From positions 256,001 through 320,000 of the forward strand of contig CAVOVB010000001.1 in NCBI GenBank assembly GCA_963699755.1: a stretch of DNA of 64,000 bases, in the 5' to 3' direction. The notes beneath the pieces were generated by a model. The model was not told the origin of the DNA, did not search any database, and was given only the letters and a program-made list of their open reading frames with translations. A program made the position numbers and the translations under genes. The stretch comes from an uncultured delta proteobacterium. Its GTDB lineage: Bacteria > Myxococcota_A > Polyangia > Polyangiales > Houyiibacteriaceae. Of the stretch, positions 20,805 to 28,963 are shown piece by piece (position 1 is the first letter of the stretch; each line of letters begins with the position of its first letter).

Positions 20805-21633
20805 GATCTTCCTCCTGATTCAAGAGCACCGAGCGGTTCTGCGCGAAGTGCCGGCCGGGGACGGAGAGCTCGCCTTCCGCGTTTTCGAGCACGACGGCGG
20901 TTCGCGTCGTCCGGGCGATCCGACCCTGGTCGGCCCCGATGCGAACGACTTGGCCGACGCGATACGATTTCTGGACGTAGTGCATGGCGAGGATGTCGGC
21001 CATCAGCTCCCTTGCGCCGAGACCAAAGGCCAGTGCGGTTCCGCCGAGCGCTGCGGCCAAGACAATGAGGAATACGGAGGTGAGTAGCGACACGTCCAAT
21101 CCCAGCTGCCCCGCTGCGATGAGGACCGCTGCAACGACGATGGAGAGCTGCGCCAGCCGCCCCAAGCTGCGGGCTTGTGACGGCGGGATTCGGAGGGCGG
21201 TCTTGATTGCGGCGTTTCGCGCAACTCTGCCAGCGAGGACGCCCCCCAAGACGAGCGCCATGGCAATGGTGACCTTCGGCAAATAGCTTGCGAAGCCGGC
21301 GATCCACCTGCTGAACATAGGAAGCCCGAGCGCGTCGATGGCGAGCAAGAGGGCGCTTAGAAGAGTCAGCCAATAGACTCCCGTTCCCGCTACCTCTCCG
21401 GTGCGCTGCTCGTCTCCCGCATCGGTCCAAACCGGTCGCGCCGAGCCAGGGGGCGACTGCAACGGAACCCTTCGGAACATTCGCCGAACGGCTTTCCGGA
21501 GAACCCAAGCCAACAACCAGCCCAGCAGGAGGACGAGAGCGGCGACGACGATCTTTGGAAACGCCTCGATGAGGCCGTGCTTTGCTCGCGTGAATAACTG
21601 CAGAAACTGGCTGGCCGAATCATCGAGGTCCAT
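20788..21633 (-). CDS. Small-conductance mechanosensitive channel-like membrane protein (CmpX/TM_helix type)
   Basis: Repeated PKIVVA / YLPKVTIA helices, ALAFGLGAREL, MscS-like beta domain YRVGQVVRIG. Confidence 0.8.
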   Translation of the reverse strand: MDLDDSASQFLQLFTRAKHGLIEAFPKIVVAALVLLLGWLLAWVLRKAVRRMFRRVPLQSPPGSARPVWTDAGDEQRTGEVAGTGVYWLTLLSALLLAIDALGLPMFSRWIAGFASYLPKVTIAMALVLGGVLAGRVARNAAIKTALRIPPSQARSLGRLAQLSIVVAAVLIAAGQLGLDVSLLTSVFLIVLAAALGGTALAFGLGARELMADILAMHYVQKSYRVGQVVRIGADQGRIARTTRTAVVLENAEGELSVPGRHFAQNRSVLLNQEEDHDARG

Positions 21634-21800
21634 GAGATCCCTCCCCTGAGAACGCTACTTTGCACGCGGGCGCCCGTAATGACCATGGCTATCTCAAGTG
21701 GAAACGCCGACTGCGGTCTGAAACGCGGGTCTGATCGTAGAGGATGGGCTGACCATCGAATTCGGTTCACCGTGAAGTGGACCAGGGGTAGGCTTGCGAC

Positions 21801-24278
21801 GTGAACCGGCTCTTCATTGCACTAGTGCTCTCCGTCTTGGGTTGCGAGAAGGCCACCGAGCGGTCTTTCGAGCGCGGAGCATGTGAACCGTTCGGTGTCG
21901 ACACCGCGATCGACGTCCCGGCGAGCTGTGCGCTCGACTTCGCGGCCGAGGGTCAGAGCGTCCGTGTCTTCGCCATCGGCCCGGTCATTCGATATGCCGA
22001 AATGGAGGACTACGCCGCTTTTTGCAAGGCATGGGATGACGTCGTCCGTACCGAGGTGCTCCCCTGCCTGGCGAACGACAAGCCCAACCTCTTGGTGTTT
22101 CCCGAGAACGCGAGTCTTGCCGGAGCCTTCGTTGGCTCGCGGGGAGCGGAGGGGCGCGCGGAATCCAAAACCCTTCTTGCATTCCTCTCGCTGTTCAATA
22201 GCTACGCTGGGCCGGTGGGCTACTACGCGGCGCGGTTTCCCGACGCGAGCCTGAATCAGCACTTGGTGCTCGGTCTGACCGACACCCTCCATCGCGCTTT
22301 TCAAACCTTCCCGGCAATTGCCCTGCGCTACGGGGTCTACGTCGCCGTGTCCTCTGACTTTGCCCCGGCGGAACCCAGTGATGATCCACAAGACGTCGAG
22401 CAACTCGCAGACCCCGATCTCGATTCGGTGTCGAGCGTCTACGTCGCGAGCGAGGGGACGGGCTACAACTGGGGGCTCTATTTCGGCCCCGATGGACAGG
22501 AGATCGCTCGCATTGCGAAGGGCTATCTAGTCCCCTCCGAAGAGGACCTACTCGGCCTCGGCCATGGGCCGTTGACGCGGATGCGCCCGGTGGAGCTCCC
22601 ATTCGCGCGCTCGGGCATGGTGATTTCGAAGGACGCATGGATGCCGGGGCTCTTGCACCGTCTCGATGCGCTCGGAGCGAACCTGTTGCTTCAACCGGAG
22701 GCGTTCTCCGGCTGGGGGGTCGAAGAATATGAGGGGGACTGGCTTCCCGATATCGTGCGTCAGTCCGCGTGGGCGCACACTCAGCGGCATGGCTCGTTTC
22801 GTCATACGGTCACACCCTGCATCAAGGGCAACTTGCTCGAGCTCGTCTTCGATTGCCAGTCCCACATCACGCAGTCGAGCAGCCTGAGCGACACGGCTAG
22901 CTCGTTCATCGGCCAAGATCCGTACCTAGGCATGCTCGCAATCGAGCCCTGGGTCATCGAAGACCCTGGGCCCCCCCTGTCGATCGACGAACGCCGCGCG
23001 GTGCTCCGTGACCGCGGTGAACGGATGTTGCCAGGCAGCGGGGACCCTCTCGAAGACGCCTACGCCGGGCAGGTCGTCGCCGCGGACCTCTCATTACCGA
23101 TCGATGGACAGGTGCCGCCGACCGGTGACGGGGAAAACGGCGCGCTTGGCGCGAGTGTTCTGGTTGCCGAACCGAACGCAATCGAAACTCATCAGCGGTT
23201 CCCAGCCTTGGCCGCCGATGCGACCTCGCTGATCGTCGCGTGGATGGAGGGCGCGCCGGGCGCGGAATCGGTGCGGCTGTTTACGGCCGAAGGTGGCGCC
23301 GCCCTCTCTGAAGTCAGCTTGGGGAGCTCGCCCGGTCTCGTGCAGCGCCTGCCTCGCGTCGCGGCTGGCGCCCGACGGCTGGGGGTGGCTTGGGAGGAAG
23401 AGCTCGGCGATCAAACCAGCCGTGTCGTGGTGTCGACCCGCGTCGATGGGGCCTGGACGAAGGTGGATCTGAGCGACCCTGCTGCCGCTGACGCCTGGGA
23501 ACCCGATGTCGCGATCGACCCAGTGACGGGCCGCTTCTTCGTCGCCTGGCTCGACTTGCGGGCTGGCGGGCGTCCCAAGCCCTGGGTCGCCCGAAGCGAC
23601 GACGGACGGCAATGGGAAACAGTTCGAGTCGACCAGGGCAACGCGATCGCGGGCAACCCGCGAGGCGACGCGGCGTTCGTTCGCGTCGCGGCGCACGACG
23701 ACCAGGTATTCGTGGCATTCTCCGATTTCCGGGAGTTCAGCTGGGACGTGTATCTGTCTGCGAGCGGCGATGGCGCGGAGACCTTTGTGCCCGCAACACG
23801 AATCAATCCGGCTGCGACGGAGCTCATCCCCGTCTTTGACGGAGAACCAGTCGAAGCGGAGCGCATCCATGGCGACGTGGCGCTGACGCTCGGCCCCTCG
23901 GGAAATCCCATCGTCGCTTGGACCGATAGGCAAAACCGTCGCTACGAAAGCCGCGTCCGCGTCTGGGCTGCAGGTGAGACCGTTCGCCTCGACGACGCCC
24001 CCGACGGCGTCGACGCGTGGCGCCCAGCGTTGGCCGCCGACGCCGCCGGCGAGCTGTTCACGGTCTGGCAAGACCTTCGAGACGGGACGAACCGGATCCG
24101 CCTTGCCAAGGCCAAGGGCTCGCCCCTCGCGGCTGAAGCGAGCGCCATCGTCGATGACGCGGCTGCCGGTACGCATCTATACGCACCTCAAGTGGCGTTT
24201 CGGGGCGAGCAAGTCCTGGTCGCATGGGAGGATCCGCGGTCGGGCTATGCGCGAGTCCGCCTCGTGACCGGCAACTGA
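21801..24278 (+). CDS. Lipoprotein: carbon-nitrogen hydrolase (nitrilase-fold) domain + C-terminal beta-propeller-like repeats
   Basis: Lipobox VLGC; LVFPEN, AKGYL, VISKDAW; C-terminal repeats VAWxD and SxDGG/SGDG Asp-box-like motifs. Confidence 0.75.
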   Translation: MNRLFIALVLSVLGCEKATERSFERGACEPFGVDTAIDVPASCALDFAAEGQSVRVFAIGPVIRYAEMEDYAAFCKAWDDVVRTEVLPCLANDKPNLLVFPENASLAGAFVGSRGAEGRAESKTLLAFLSLFNSYAGPVGYYAARFPDASLNQHLVLGLTDTLHRAFQTFPAIALRYGVYVAVSSDFAPAEPSDDPQDVEQLADPDLDSVSSVYVASEGTGYNWGLYFGPDGQEIARIAKGYLVPSEEDLLGLGHGPLTRMRPVELPFARSGMVISKDAWMPGLLHRLDALGANLLLQPEAFSGWGVEEYEGDWLPDIVRQSAWAHTQRHGSFRHTVTPCIKGNLLELVFDCQSHITQSSSLSDTASSFIGQDPYLGMLAIEPWVIEDPGPPLSIDERRAVLRDRGERMLPGSGDPLEDAYAGQVVAADLSLPIDGQVPPTGDGENGALGASVLVAEPNAIETHQRFPALAADATSLIVAWMEGAPGAESVRLFTAEGGAALSEVSLGSSPGLVQRLPRVAAGARRLGVAWEEELGDQTSRVVVSTRVDGAWTKVDLSDPAAADAWEPDVAIDPVTGRFFVAWLDLRAGGRPKPWVARSDDGRQWETVRVDQGNAIAGNPRGDAAFVRVAAHDDQVFVAFSDFREFSWDVYLSASGDGAETFVPATRINPAATELIPVFDGEPVEAERIHGDVALTLGPSGNPIVAWTDRQNRRYESRVRVWAAGETVRLDDAPDGVDAWRPALAADAAGELFTVWQDLRDGTNRIRLAKAKGSPLAAEASAIVDDAAAGTHLYAPQVAFRGEQVLVAWEDPRSGYARVRLVTGN

Positions 24279-24364
24279 GTGGGGCTCTTGAAGACGTAAG
24301 CAGGCGACGCCCGACCGTTGAAGCTGGACAGCTAGCGCTGGAGCACTAGAAGTAGAGCTGCGCT

Positions 24365-24841
24365 TTGGACGGTTCGCCCACGATATTGAGCACGTTCGCG
24401 CTCTCGCATTTCTGCGAGAACGCGCGGTGGACGCTAGACTACAAGGGCGTTTCATACACTGAAGAGTCGTGGGTGCTCAATGTCGGTCGCGTGGAGGCTC
24501 GGATACACAAGCTCCTCTTCCCAGTGTCGCGCAGGCTCGCGTTCAAGGCGCTTCGGGTGAATCGGGAGGCGGCTGCGGAGAGCGAGGGCATCGTGCGGGG
24601 ATTCCTCGAAGAGCGGGATGCGTCGTTTCGCGACCCGACGCGGTCCTTGGTAGGCGACCGATTCACCTTGGCAGACCTCACCATGGCGTCGATGCTTTCA
24701 CCCTTGGCGCGACCAGCGGAGCACCCGTTTTATCCGAGGATGGCTTACGGCGAAGCCGGAACCGCGGCACTTGGCGCGATGCAAGGCTACCGCATGATCG
24801 AATGGGTGCGGAACTGCTACGCGCAGTATCGCGCTCGCTAG
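24365..24841 (+). pseudogene. Glutathione S-transferase-like gene, apparently internally deleted
   Basis: N-terminal SHFCENARWTLDYKG and C-terminal LVGDRFTLADL present; the middle VPVL / DS region is not seen; only 158 aa. Confidence 0.6.
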
Positions 24842-24862
24842 GTTTCGAGCGCTCGCCCGGTG

Positions 24863-26536
24863 CTAATCCGCGTCACCTCCGCAACGCATGTCATTCGCGG
24901 CAGCGTCGATGCTATGACGCGTCGCCTCGAGGTCGGTTTGTCGTGACCATAGCTCGAGTTGTCGCCGAACTTCGGGGCAGAGCTCATCTCCAACGCCAAA
25001 CGAAAGGGCCAAGGCCAGTGCGTCGGCAACCTCGCCTCGCTCGTACTTCCAGCGCATTGCGTGTGCACGAAGCACCGGATTGTCGGAGTGAGCTTCCAGG
25101 GCGTGGGCCATCGCGATGTCACGGGTCCGAAAATCGGAGAGCTCGGTGCTGAGAACGAAGACCGGCATGACGAGCGCTTCGGGCCAAGGCGGCCCGGGCA
25201 TCTTCGCAAGAGCTTGTCGCGCGAGCTCGGGCTGAGCGCTCTCCTGTGACGTTCTCGCATAGTAGAAGAACATCGTGGGGTCGTCGGGGTGGTCGGCGAG
25301 CATGGCGTTCTCGTACGCGGTGTGATTCACATAGGCCAGACTTGCGGTCCTCGTACCGATCGCGGCCACCAGTAGCAGGGCTACGGCAATGCCCCAGACG
25401 AGGGCGCCGCGCTGAGACCATGCATCGACGGCCTGCGTCACATAAGGTGCCCCCGCCAGCAAGAACAGAATGGACGGCATGTAGAGATACCGATCGAAGC
25501 CAAGCCAGATGGCCTGCGAGACGACGACGCATGGGGCGATCGTGAGCGCTGCGCCGATGAAGTAGGCAAGACCGCCGATATCTCTACGCCACAGCAACCC
25601 GAACCCAGCTGCAAACAGTGCCGCCGCTCCGACCCACTCGCCAGTGGATAGGGGCTTGTAGAGCTCCCACGCGAGTGAGTGCATCGCTTCTGCACGGAGA
25701 GCGAGCAGAGCGTCAGCGCTCATGGCGAGCAGCTGCGGTACCTCGGCCCAGACGGAAGCGTCGAACAAGATGTCTTCAGCCGCTCCGAATCGCTCGAAGA
25801 AGGGAACGTAGATCCAGCGTAGAAATAGGTAGAACCCGATGCCTGCGAAGAGCGGGACACCCGCGGTCCAGCGAGACGGGCGATCGGGGAGTCGAAAAGC
25901 AACGCCGAGCCACAGAGCCACGGCAGCGAGGACGAATGGCAACTTGGACGCAGCACCGAGGAACGCCAGTAGCGCGATCGCGAGCGCCTCCCAGCGCCAA
26001 TCGGTCCACCGGCGAAGCAAAACCGCGGCCAGCGCGGCGAGGAAGAACCCGGCCACCAAATCGGAGCGGCCGTTGATCCATACGTACACCTCGACGGCGA
26101 CCGGGTGTAACAGGAAGATCGCTGTCAGAAACAGCATGACGGCCTGGGCGGACGATCGAGCATCCGAGGAAGCTTGGCGGAGCAGCGCCACGTACAGGAG
26201 CGCTCCGGTCGCGAGGTGGAGCACCCAACTCACTAGATGATGCAGCCACGGCTTCGGAATGAGCGCATGGGAGAGGAGCAGCGTGAACATGGTCACGGGG
26301 CGGTACGGTCCGCTCGTAGTCGCAACGCCGTCGACGGCTTGATAGTGGTGCGCGTTGCGCGTGAAGACGTCCCAGACGTGCGTCCAGTTGCCGTAGTAGG
26401 GATTGCGCAACATGTGGAAATCATCCCCGACCCAGCTGCCGAGCAGGCCGGGCATCGCTGCGAGAAGCGAGATGAGGGCGATCACGGCGAAGGCCAACCA
26501 TCGCGGCCGCGCAGGTCTCGTCAACAGCAATCCCAT
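24863..26536 (-). CDS. TMTC-like GT-C membrane glycosyltransferase with helical C-terminus
   Basis: GDD motif after TM1, YRPV, LHLA, FLLHP..VE...WINGRSDL, RYLYMP; multiple TM helices; start placed at ATG 26536. Confidence 0.78.
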   Translation of the reverse strand: MGLLLTRPARPRWLAFAVIALISLLAAMPGLLGSWVGDDFHMLRNPYYGNWTHVWDVFTRNAHHYQAVDGVATTSGPYRPVTMFTLLLSHALIPKPWLHHLVSWVLHLATGALLYVALLRQASSDARSSAQAVMLFLTAIFLLHPVAVEVYVWINGRSDLVAGFFLAALAAVLLRRWTDWRWEALAIALLAFLGAASKLPFVLAAVALWLGVAFRLPDRPSRWTAGVPLFAGIGFYLFLRWIYVPFFERFGAAEDILFDASVWAEVPQLLAMSADALLALRAEAMHSLAWELYKPLSTGEWVGAAALFAAGFGLLWRRDIGGLAYFIGAALTIAPCVVVSQAIWLGFDRYLYMPSILFLLAGAPYVTQAVDAWSQRGALVWGIAVALLLVAAIGTRTASLAYVNHTAYENAMLADHPDDPTMFFYYARTSQESAQPELARQALAKMPGPPWPEALVMPVFVLSTELSDFRTRDIAMAHALEAHSDNPVLRAHAMRWKYERGEVADALALALSFGVGDELCPEVRRQLELWSRQTDLEATRHSIDAAANDMRCGGDAD

Positions 26537-26720
26537 GCCCCAAGATCCTACCGACCTTGCCCAAAACGAGGCGAGCTTTCTGCGATTCCTTTGCAGTGTC
26601 GTGGGATGGCGGTCGTCGGCGGGCCACAACGAACCGCCATGCGCTTTCCTTCTGCTCTTGCGGAATTGCAGAGGAATCCAGCCGGGTCGGAGCGGCACGG
26701 TTCTGGCTGTGGTGCAGAGG

Positions 26721-27638
26721 ATGAGCCGCAGACGAATGATCGAGCCGGGAATGGTGTGGGCCCTTTCCCGCCGGACCACACGCCGTTACTTCCTTCTCAA
26801 TCCCGACCAAGCACGACAGATCGAGCAGTCGTATTGGTACTGCCTCGGTCATGCGGCGCACAAGCACGGGGTGATCGTGCATGCGGCCTGCTTGATGTCG
26901 ACCCATGCCCATGAGGTCATCACCGATGTGCGCGGGGAACTCTCCCTGTTCCTCGAAACCTTTCACCGTCTTCTTGCTCTTTGCGTGAAGTCCATTCGAG
27001 GCTGGCCTGGGGAGGTCTTCGACAAAGACAGCACCAGCGCGGTGGAGCTACTGACGCCGGAGGCGATGATCAAGTCGCTTGCCTATCTCATTGCGAATCC
27101 GGTCGAAGCGATGGCGGTTCGCTACGCCAAGGATTGGCCAGGGGCACAGACGCTGCCTGGTGACATCGGCTCACGCATAGTGAAAGCACGCCGGCCCACT
27201 CACTTCTTCAGGGCCAACAACGCGCAGTGGCGTTAGGTGATCGAGCTTCCGCTGCAGATGCCTACCGCCCTCGAGCTCGACTACGGCACCGAGCTTGCGC
27301 AGCGACGCATCGCCGAGCGTTTGCAAGAGCTGGAGCATCGGGCCTGGCAAGAGTCGAAGCGCACCGGCATTGGGTTTGTCGGTCGACATCGCGTGCTCCG
27401 GCACGCCAGCACCAAACGAGCCCGGAGCCGCGAAGCATTCGGGAGTCTCAATCCGCAGTTTGCAGCGGCTGGGAATCATGAGGCGGCTAGAGAAGCGGTG
27501 GAGAGGCTGCGGGCGTTCAATGCGCAGTACAACAAAGCGCTTGCGGCCTGGACCTCAGGCAAGCGCAACGTGCTCTTCCCGATCGGGACCTGGTGGATGC
27601 GAGTGCATCACGGGGCACGGTGCGGGCCAGCGCCGTAG
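26721..27638 (+). mobile_element. REP-associated tyrosine transposase (RAYT, Y1-HUH) interrupted by one in-frame TAG at 27234-27236
   Basis: SRRT..R.FLL, MSTHAH (HUH), YLIANPV (catalytic Tyr), DWPG; ORF 27237..27638 continues in the same frame and ends in FPIGTWWMR. Confidence 0.82.
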
Positions 27639-27799
27639 CGTCCAGCTGCAAGATGCGCGCATGCCTCAGAACACAGCGCTCAGAACCTGGCTGTGAGGCG
27701 TTAGGGTGCGTCAGCAGTGCGACGCTGATGGGTTTGTAGCGCGAAGCGCTAGCCGAAAGCCGGCCAGCCGCGTCCATCTGGCGGCAGCCACGGCCGCTC

Positions 27800-27838
27800 G
27801 TAGGAGTCGACGACGCAGTACTGCTGCGTCGTCGACTC
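27800..27838 (+). repeat. REP-like element: GTAG + perfect 15-bp-stem hairpin
   Basis: GTAG (27800-27803), then gagtcgacgacgcag-tactg-ctgcgtcgtcgactc. It could also act as a terminator between convergent genes. Confidence 0.6.
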
Positions 27839-27864
27839 TTCGCGGTGCTTCTGTTCTCCGCCAA

Positions 27865-27894
27865 GCTCGGTCAGATCTGCTCGGTCAGATCTGC
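27865..27894. repeat. 14-bp direct tandem duplication (gctcggtcagatct x2)
   Basis: Directly visible just downstream of the REP-like hairpin. Confidence 0.85.
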
Positions 27895-27898
27895 AGGG

Positions 27899-28540
27899 CT
27901 AAGGTTGGGTGCAGGTGGATCGCAGGGTGCGATCTGCGTTGCGGCATGCATCGTCGTTCGCGCGACCTAGGACCCGGTTTTCGATCTCGGTGCACGTCAT
28001 GGCTGCTTGGCAGGTGAGTGTATTGACGATCGCGCGACTGCAGTCAGCGGAGCCATTCTCCGCTCGGCCGTAGTCCGCGACGCAGACCTCGATGCAGTTC
28101 GAATTGGCGTCGGTGCGAGGGCAGTCGTCGATGGCGGCACACACGGCCTCGCAGGCCAGCGAGAGCTCATCGCTGGCCGGCTCCGCCTCACCTGGAGTGC
28201 ACTGGAGCACCGCCTGCTCCTTGGCCACGCACTGGTCATCGTAGGAGCTGCTGATGGCCCGACGCATGAGCTCTTCGCAGCTGAGATTCAACTGGCAGCC
28301 GATGGCAACGTCAAGCGCACCGGGGCAGGTGCCTCCAACGAGCTCGGCGTCTGCGACCGCCGCCTCGCAGTTGGAAACGCAGTCGCTTGGGGCGTAGAGG
28401 TTGGGACAGTCGTCTCCGTGCTGGCACATCTGCTGGCACTTGCTCCCAATGCCTCCGTCAGGCGAAGCGTCTCCACAGCCGGTGGCGGTAAAGCAGGCAC
28501 CCAGGCAAAGCACAAATCGAATGCTGTGATTGCGGATCAT
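27899..28540 (-). CDS. Cys-rich myxobacterial lipoprotein with two repeated CxxxC modules
   Basis: Lipobox ATGC, GAGGAG RBS; two C-x3-C..DDCP..C-x3-C..C..CQ..C.E modules. Confidence 0.78.
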   Translation of the reverse strand: MIRNHSIRFVLCLGACFTATGCGDASPDGGIGSKCQQMCQHGDDCPNLYAPSDCVSNCEAAVADAELVGGTCPGALDVAIGCQLNLSCEELMRRAISSSYDDQCVAKEQAVLQCTPGEAEPASDELSLACEAVCAAIDDCPRTDANSNCIEVCVADYGRAENGSADCSRAIVNTLTCQAAMTCTEIENRVLGRANDDACRNADRTLRSTCTQP

Positions 28541-28580
28541 TTTTGTCTCCTCTTGCTTGGATCGGTTCAAGTCAGACGGC

Positions 28581-28832
28581 CTACAGGCAGGCGCCGTACG
28601 CGGGTCGAACGGCCGACTCCTCGAGGGTTTCCGCCTCATAGCGCTGCCAGTGGTTCGCAACTTCGGCGGCTTGGATGTCAGAGACATTGTCGGCCTCGCG
28701 GCGGCGGCCTCCGTGCACGTGCTCCCTCGGCTGAAGGGCGAACAAGAACAGAGCCATGGCCACCAGAACCAACAGAAGGTCCCTGAGCATCATCGGCTGC
28801 TTCCTCGTCGAAATCGCTGCGTCGTCGTCCAT
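28581..28832 (-). CDS. Small hypothetical single-TM protein
   Basis: Hydrophobic LLLVLVAMALFLFAL; co-oriented with neighbours; start uncertain. Confidence 0.45.
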   Translation of the reverse strand: MDDDAAISTRKQPMMLRDLLLVLVAMALFLFALQPREHVHGGRRREADNVSDIQAAEVANHWQRYEAETLEESAVRPAYGACL

Positions 28833-28963
28833 GTCCCACTGCATACGCAGGAGTCATGCCGCCCAAAAAGCCCAATGCTTTCCGGAAATCAGCCCCAGAG
28901 TGACGTACGTACGTCGGTCGGTTTCGGATCGAAGACCGGGAAACGTCGACTTGGGCGCGGCGG

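Noticed and set aside
27234..27236. Pyrrolysine recoding of the RAYT amber codon
   Set aside because: No pyl genes in the window, and many ordinary genes here end in TAG.
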